The position numbers and the translations under genes are program-made. Of a DNA stretch of 64,000 nucleotides, positions 59,847 to 64,000 are shown in pieces. The notes beneath the pieces are model-generated. The model ran no database searches. It was given only the letters and a program-made list of their open reading frames with translations, and was not told the DNA's origin. The stretch comes from Eledone cirrhosa (lineage: Eukaryota), in assembly GCA_964016885.1 (NCBI GenBank), contig OZ024758.1, forward strand, positions 682,001-746,000, written 5' to 3'. Every line of letters starts with the position of its first letter. Positions within the stretch are counted from its first letter, which is position 1.

Positions 59847-62147
59847 TTAATTAGGTTTATAATATTTAAATGTTTTTTTTAGTTTATGATTACACAATAT
59901 AATTAATTCCTGTCTTTTATTTAATAAGATATCCCTAGACTTCATTATTTCAAATAGTTCTTGGGAACATAATCTACATTCCTTTCTATTATTTTGATAA
60001 GGGGTGGCTCTTTTGAGCACACTCCAGGTCAAATCATATTTTATATTTTTATTTTTAAAACTATTGATTTTTTCTGCTAGAGATGTTGTATTAGCCAGTG
60101 CGGCATTTTTAAAGCTATGTTTGTGGGTATTATATCTTGTCTTAAAATTGTTAGAGGTAGCTCCTATATATGAGCAAATAGAATCTTTAGTTTTAACATT
60201 ACATTTATAGACTATGTTGTTAACAAGACAATTCCCTTTTAATGGGCAGTTTGTTTTGTTTCTACAGTTACATCCTTTCGTTAATTCTGTATTTGAGGAG
60301 ATATTATTGTTAATTTGATGTACTGGTGGTATACTTATAGTTTTCTTACATTTATATGCATTATATGCACTTATATTTTGTTTTATGTTATTTGTTGTAG
60401 AATATGAGAATTTAACTGTAGACCTATTTAAGATTTGATGGTATTTGTGGTTTGGCGGGAAGTTTTTCTCAAGGATATAAAAAAATTTTTTAGCAATATT
60501 ATCCTTAACTTGTAAATTAAAAGGAGCATTATACCAAGTAACTCGTCTATTACGGTTTCTATTTTGTTTATTATTTTTATTATTTTTATATGTTGTATCA
60601 TGATTTTTACTAGGAGGAATAATGTTAATGATCTCACCACAACTATTTTTAGTTATATTTGTAGATTTAGGTGTTTTATCTTTTTTATTAGGAGTTTTAT
60701 TATTAATATTTATTATAGTCTTATGATGAGTAGTTTTTTGAGGGTTACTATACTTTATATTAAAAGATTTAGTATTTTGGGGTATACTGTGGGTGGCATT
60801 TAGGTGTGTACTTTTCATTTGGTGTTTGTTGGTAATATTATGCTGTATGCTTTCAGTATTTTTAGTAGAAGGTATATACTCTAATCTATTTTTGTGGCCA
60901 CTTCTATCTAGAGCTTCATTATAAAAGGTCGCATTTTTATCAAATACATCTTGGTTAGAAGAAAGGTTAGAAATTCTAAGTGATATATTATATGCAAGGT
61001 TTTTAAGGATAGATTTAGGGTGATTAGATTGTGAGTGTATGTAATGTAAGTTTTGGTTAGGTTTATGGTAAGGTTGGTATATACCCGTAGCTAAATCTAA
61101 AGTTATATCTAGGAAATTTACTACTTTACTTGTTTTTTCAAAAGTAATATTAAGATTATAATAGTCTTTAAGGAAAGTTCTAATATGCTTTTTGTTTTTT
61201 TCGATTTCTGAAAGGCTAAGGTTGTTAGAAAGAAGAAGACAGTCATCACGATATAAACCACCTTTGAGGTGGGGAAAAGAGGCATTTATGTTGAAAAGGA
61301 GAAAGAGGCCCACAAGATCAGTAATTTGGGCAGAATCGCTTGAACCCATAGTAATATCAAAAAGATTACTATAAGTGTTTCTGGTCCAGTATTCATTCTG
61401 AAATTCAATAAGTGTTTGTCTAGCATGTGTAATAATGTTAATGTCATCCGAAGTTAAACTAGATCTATTTTTAGCAAATATTAATGCTTTGTTCAGGAGT
61501 ATGGGTGATATAGAAGAATAATAATTATCTATATCAAACTGTAGGAAAGAAGCAGAAGATTTACACCTAATATTTTTAAACCAATTAATTACCTGGGAGG
61601 TGTTTTCCCAGAGTGGTAAAATAACGTATTTTCTTATTTGTGGGATGACTCTATCTAAAATTTTTTTGCTAATTATTCCAATATCTGATTTGGAGGGACA
61701 TATAAGTCTAATAGAAGGATTAGAGTTAAAGTTAGATTTGTGATCTTTCAGGTTGAAGTGTGGACTTCTCAATGCCAAAGGTTCAGTTCTATCTTCAATA
61801 TTTAGTTTTTTTACTATGTTGTGTGTTTTGTTGTTGATGTTGGTGAGTGACGCATTATTAGATTTTTTATAATTTTTTCTGAGTTCTTTATATATGAACT
61901 CATTATAATGTTCAATATCCATATGATACAAGTTACCAGTTTTGTCCGAGTGGACATGGATTTTTTTAGACTTTTTTAGGTCCAATAGGGTAGAATCAAG
62001 GTCCTTTTGAAAGACGGATTTATACTTTTTAAATTTTAGGTGTTTAATTAAATTAAAAAGGTCTTTCTCGAAGTCTTCAAGTAAAAAGTTGTGTGGTGGA
62101 TTCTTGTAAGTGTTGAAATCATACATATATTTCCGATCTGAAAACAC
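59847..62147 (-). CDS. PLE reverse transcriptase / GIY-YIG endonuclease, N-terminally truncated (Nematis-like)
   Basis: SDKTGNLY, LKDHK..RLICPSKSDIG, FLQFDIDNYYSSI, FDITMGSSDSAQITDLVG, GLYRDD, VNFLD, SNHP; linker CNCRNKTNCPLKGNC; GIY-YIG IVYKC..YIGATSNNFKTRYNTH; C-terminal CRLC..E..LN..CNH. Confidence 0.92.
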   Translation of the reverse strand: MFSDRKYMYDFNTYKNPPHNFLLEDFEKDLFNLIKHLKFKKYKSVFQKDLDSTLLDLKKSKKIHVHSDKTGNLYHMDIEHYNEFIYKELRKNYKKSNNASLTNINNKTHNIVKKLNIEDRTEPLALRSPHFNLKDHKSNFNSNPSIRLICPSKSDIGIISKKILDRVIPQIRKYVILPLWENTSQVINWFKNIRCKSSASFLQFDIDNYYSSISPILLNKALIFAKNRSSLTSDDINIITHARQTLIEFQNEYWTRNTYSNLFDITMGSSDSAQITDLVGLFLLFNINASFPHLKGGLYRDDCLLLSNNLSLSEIEKNKKHIRTFLKDYYNLNITFEKTSKVVNFLDITLDLATGIYQPYHKPNQNLHYIHSQSNHPKSILKNLAYNISLRISNLSSNQDVFDKNATFYNEALDRSGHKNRLEYIPSTKNTESIQHNITNKHQMKSTHLNATHSIPQNTKSFNIKYSNPQKTTHHKTIININNKTPNKKDKTPKSTNITKNSCGEIINIIPPSKNHDTTYKNNKNNKQNRNRNRRVTWYNAPFNLQVKDNIAKKFFYILEKNFPPNHKYHQILNRSTVKFSYSTTNNIKQNISAYNAYKCKKTISIPPVHQINNNISSNTELTKGCNCRNKTNCPLKGNCLVNNIVYKCNVKTKDSICSYIGATSNNFKTRYNTHKHSFKNAALANTTSLAEKINSFKNKNIKYDLTWSVLKRATPYQNNRKECRLCSQELFEIMKSRDILLNKRQELIILCNHKLKKTFKYYKPN

Positions 62148-62971
62148 CTAAATCTACAAATATAACTAAAAATAGTTGTGGTGAGATCATTAACATTATT
62201 CCTCCTAGTAAAAATCATGATACAACATATAAAAATAATAAAAATAATAAACAAAATAGAAACCGTAATAGACGAGTTACTTGGTATAATGCTCCTTTTA
62301 ATTTACAAGTTAAGGATAATATTGCTAAAAAATTTTTTTATATCCTTGAGAAAAACTTCCCGCCAAACCACAAATACCATCAAATCTTAAATAGGTCTAC
62401 AGTTAAATTCTCATATTCTACAACAAATAACATAAAACAAAATATAAGTGCATATAATGCATATAAATGTAAGAAAACTATAAGTATACCACCAGTACAT
62501 CAAATTAACAATAATATCTCCTCAAATACAGAATTAACGAAAGGATGTAACTGTAGAAACAAAACAAACTGCCCATTAAAAGGGAATTGTCTTGTTAACA
62601 ACATAGTCTATAAATGTAATGTTAAAACTAAAGATTCTATTTGCTCATATATAGGAGCTACCTCTAACAATTTTAAGACAAGATATAATACCCACAAACA
62701 TAGCTTTAAAAATGCCGCACTGGCTAATACAACATCTCTAGCAGAAAAAATCAATAGTTTTAAAAATAAAAATATAAAATATGATTTGACCTGGAGTGTG
62801 CTCAAAAGAGCCACCCCTTATCAAAATAATAGAAAGGAATGTAGATTATGTTCCCAAGAACTATTTGAAATAATGAAGTCTAGGGATATCTTATTAAATA
62901 AAAGACAGGAATTAATTATATCGTGTAATCATAAACTAAAAAAAACATTTAAATATTATAAACCTAATTAA
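62141..62971 (+). pseudogene. Inverted duplicate of the 3' part of the PLE-2 ORF (linker plus GIY-YIG)
   Basis: Mirror of 59847-60677; one visible substitution (ELIILC vs ELIISC). Confidence 0.88.
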
Positions 62972-64000
62972 TAACATTATTCTAGAATTTATTTTAATTT
63001 AAATGTTAGTTAACCTATAAATTTAATTTAATTAATATTTTATTACAGATGAGAAAATTTTATGTAATCATTAATTTTGAAAAACCTTTAAATATTACTA
63101 ATATATATTCAGTAATTTAATTTATAGATTAATTTTAACTTATTTTAACCTTTTATTATAATTTTTTAATTTAGTTTAACCTTTTATTATAATTTTTTTT
63201 AATTATAATTCTTTTACAGATAAAATATAACAAAATAATATCATGTATCCTATGACGGAGAAAGAATTTTTAGTATTATTGACCTAATTAATATACATTT
63301 TGGAAATATATTTATTATTTGGTTTTAGCTTTAATCAACCTAAAACTTTAATTTTAACTTTAATTTGCTTAAAATTAGTATCATTGTACAGACAAATTGC
63401 AGAATGTCATGTAATCATAGAATGGGAGGTGTTTTTGGATATATACCTAGTTAATATATTCTGTGCAAATTTTTTGAAAAAGATATGTATATCTATATGT
63501 ATATATATATGTGTGTGTTGTATGTGTATCTGTATGTATATTTATGTGACTATATATGTATGTATGTGTATATATATGTATATATATATATGTATATGTG
63601 TATGTATATGTATATGTATATGTATGTGTATGTATATGTATATGTATGCGTATTAGTTTTGATTTTTATTTGCATATAATTATATTATGCTATTGATGAA
63701 ATACAATATCTGCTTTATGTATTGTATACCTAATTAACATATACTAATTAACATATACTATTGAAATAAATATATAATTTTTAACTTAGTTAACATATAA
63801 TTTATATGCTACTACCGATGTAATACTTTATTTTATTTTTATTTGGGTTTCTTTTCCCTATTCATCTCCTAATATTGATACCATAACGTTATTAACTTTA
63901 ATTTAGTTATAATGTAATTAATAATCTACTACTGTTTGACTTCATAATTCTGCCTCAAATATTATAAACCTAACTAATTTACACCTTGGAAATCAATATG

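Larger units (their letters stand above)
56222..64000. mobile_element. Penelope-like retroelement PLE-2, 5'-truncated, head-to-head inverted structure, continues past the window end
   Basis: 58818-60677 mirrors 62141-64000 (coordinate sum 122818). The left boundary (~56222) is inferred from the hammerhead and the adjoining (TA)n tract. Confidence 0.85.

Noticed and set aside
62048-62254. Chimeric ORFs across the inversion junctions (also 9196-9399)
   Set aside because: By-products of the inversion with no independent coding signal.

Overview
AT-rich, microsatellite-saturated eukaryotic DNA. The repeat content (SINE families, huge (TA)n/(CA)n/(TATG)n tracts) suggests an invertebrate, probably an octopus-like cephalopod; this is inference. 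Almost all ORFs in the supplied track are microsatellite artefacts. The only substantial coding sequences are two young, 5'-truncated Penelope-like retroelements (PLEs; RT plus C-terminal GIY-YIG endonuclease) of different families, at about 6881-11065 and about 56222->64000. Each is a head-to-head inverted pair. The main signal is that the same architecture recurs in at least seven small non-coding inserts in (TA)n tracts (about 6113, 18332, 31081, 34805, 40310, 41939, 55755; partial copy at 44151). Each insert is an inverted repeat in which one arm carries an extra 3' 'tail' and the other stops at an internal TAT/ATAT microhomology. Several carry hammerhead-ribozyme folds, and one shares its tail sequence with the large PLE. 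This points to (TA)n-targeted PLEs that generate genomic palindromes by double priming. Also present: two tRNA-derived SINE families, a mariner-type MITE family, RTE and R4/Dong LINE relics, and a few low-confidence candidate exons.
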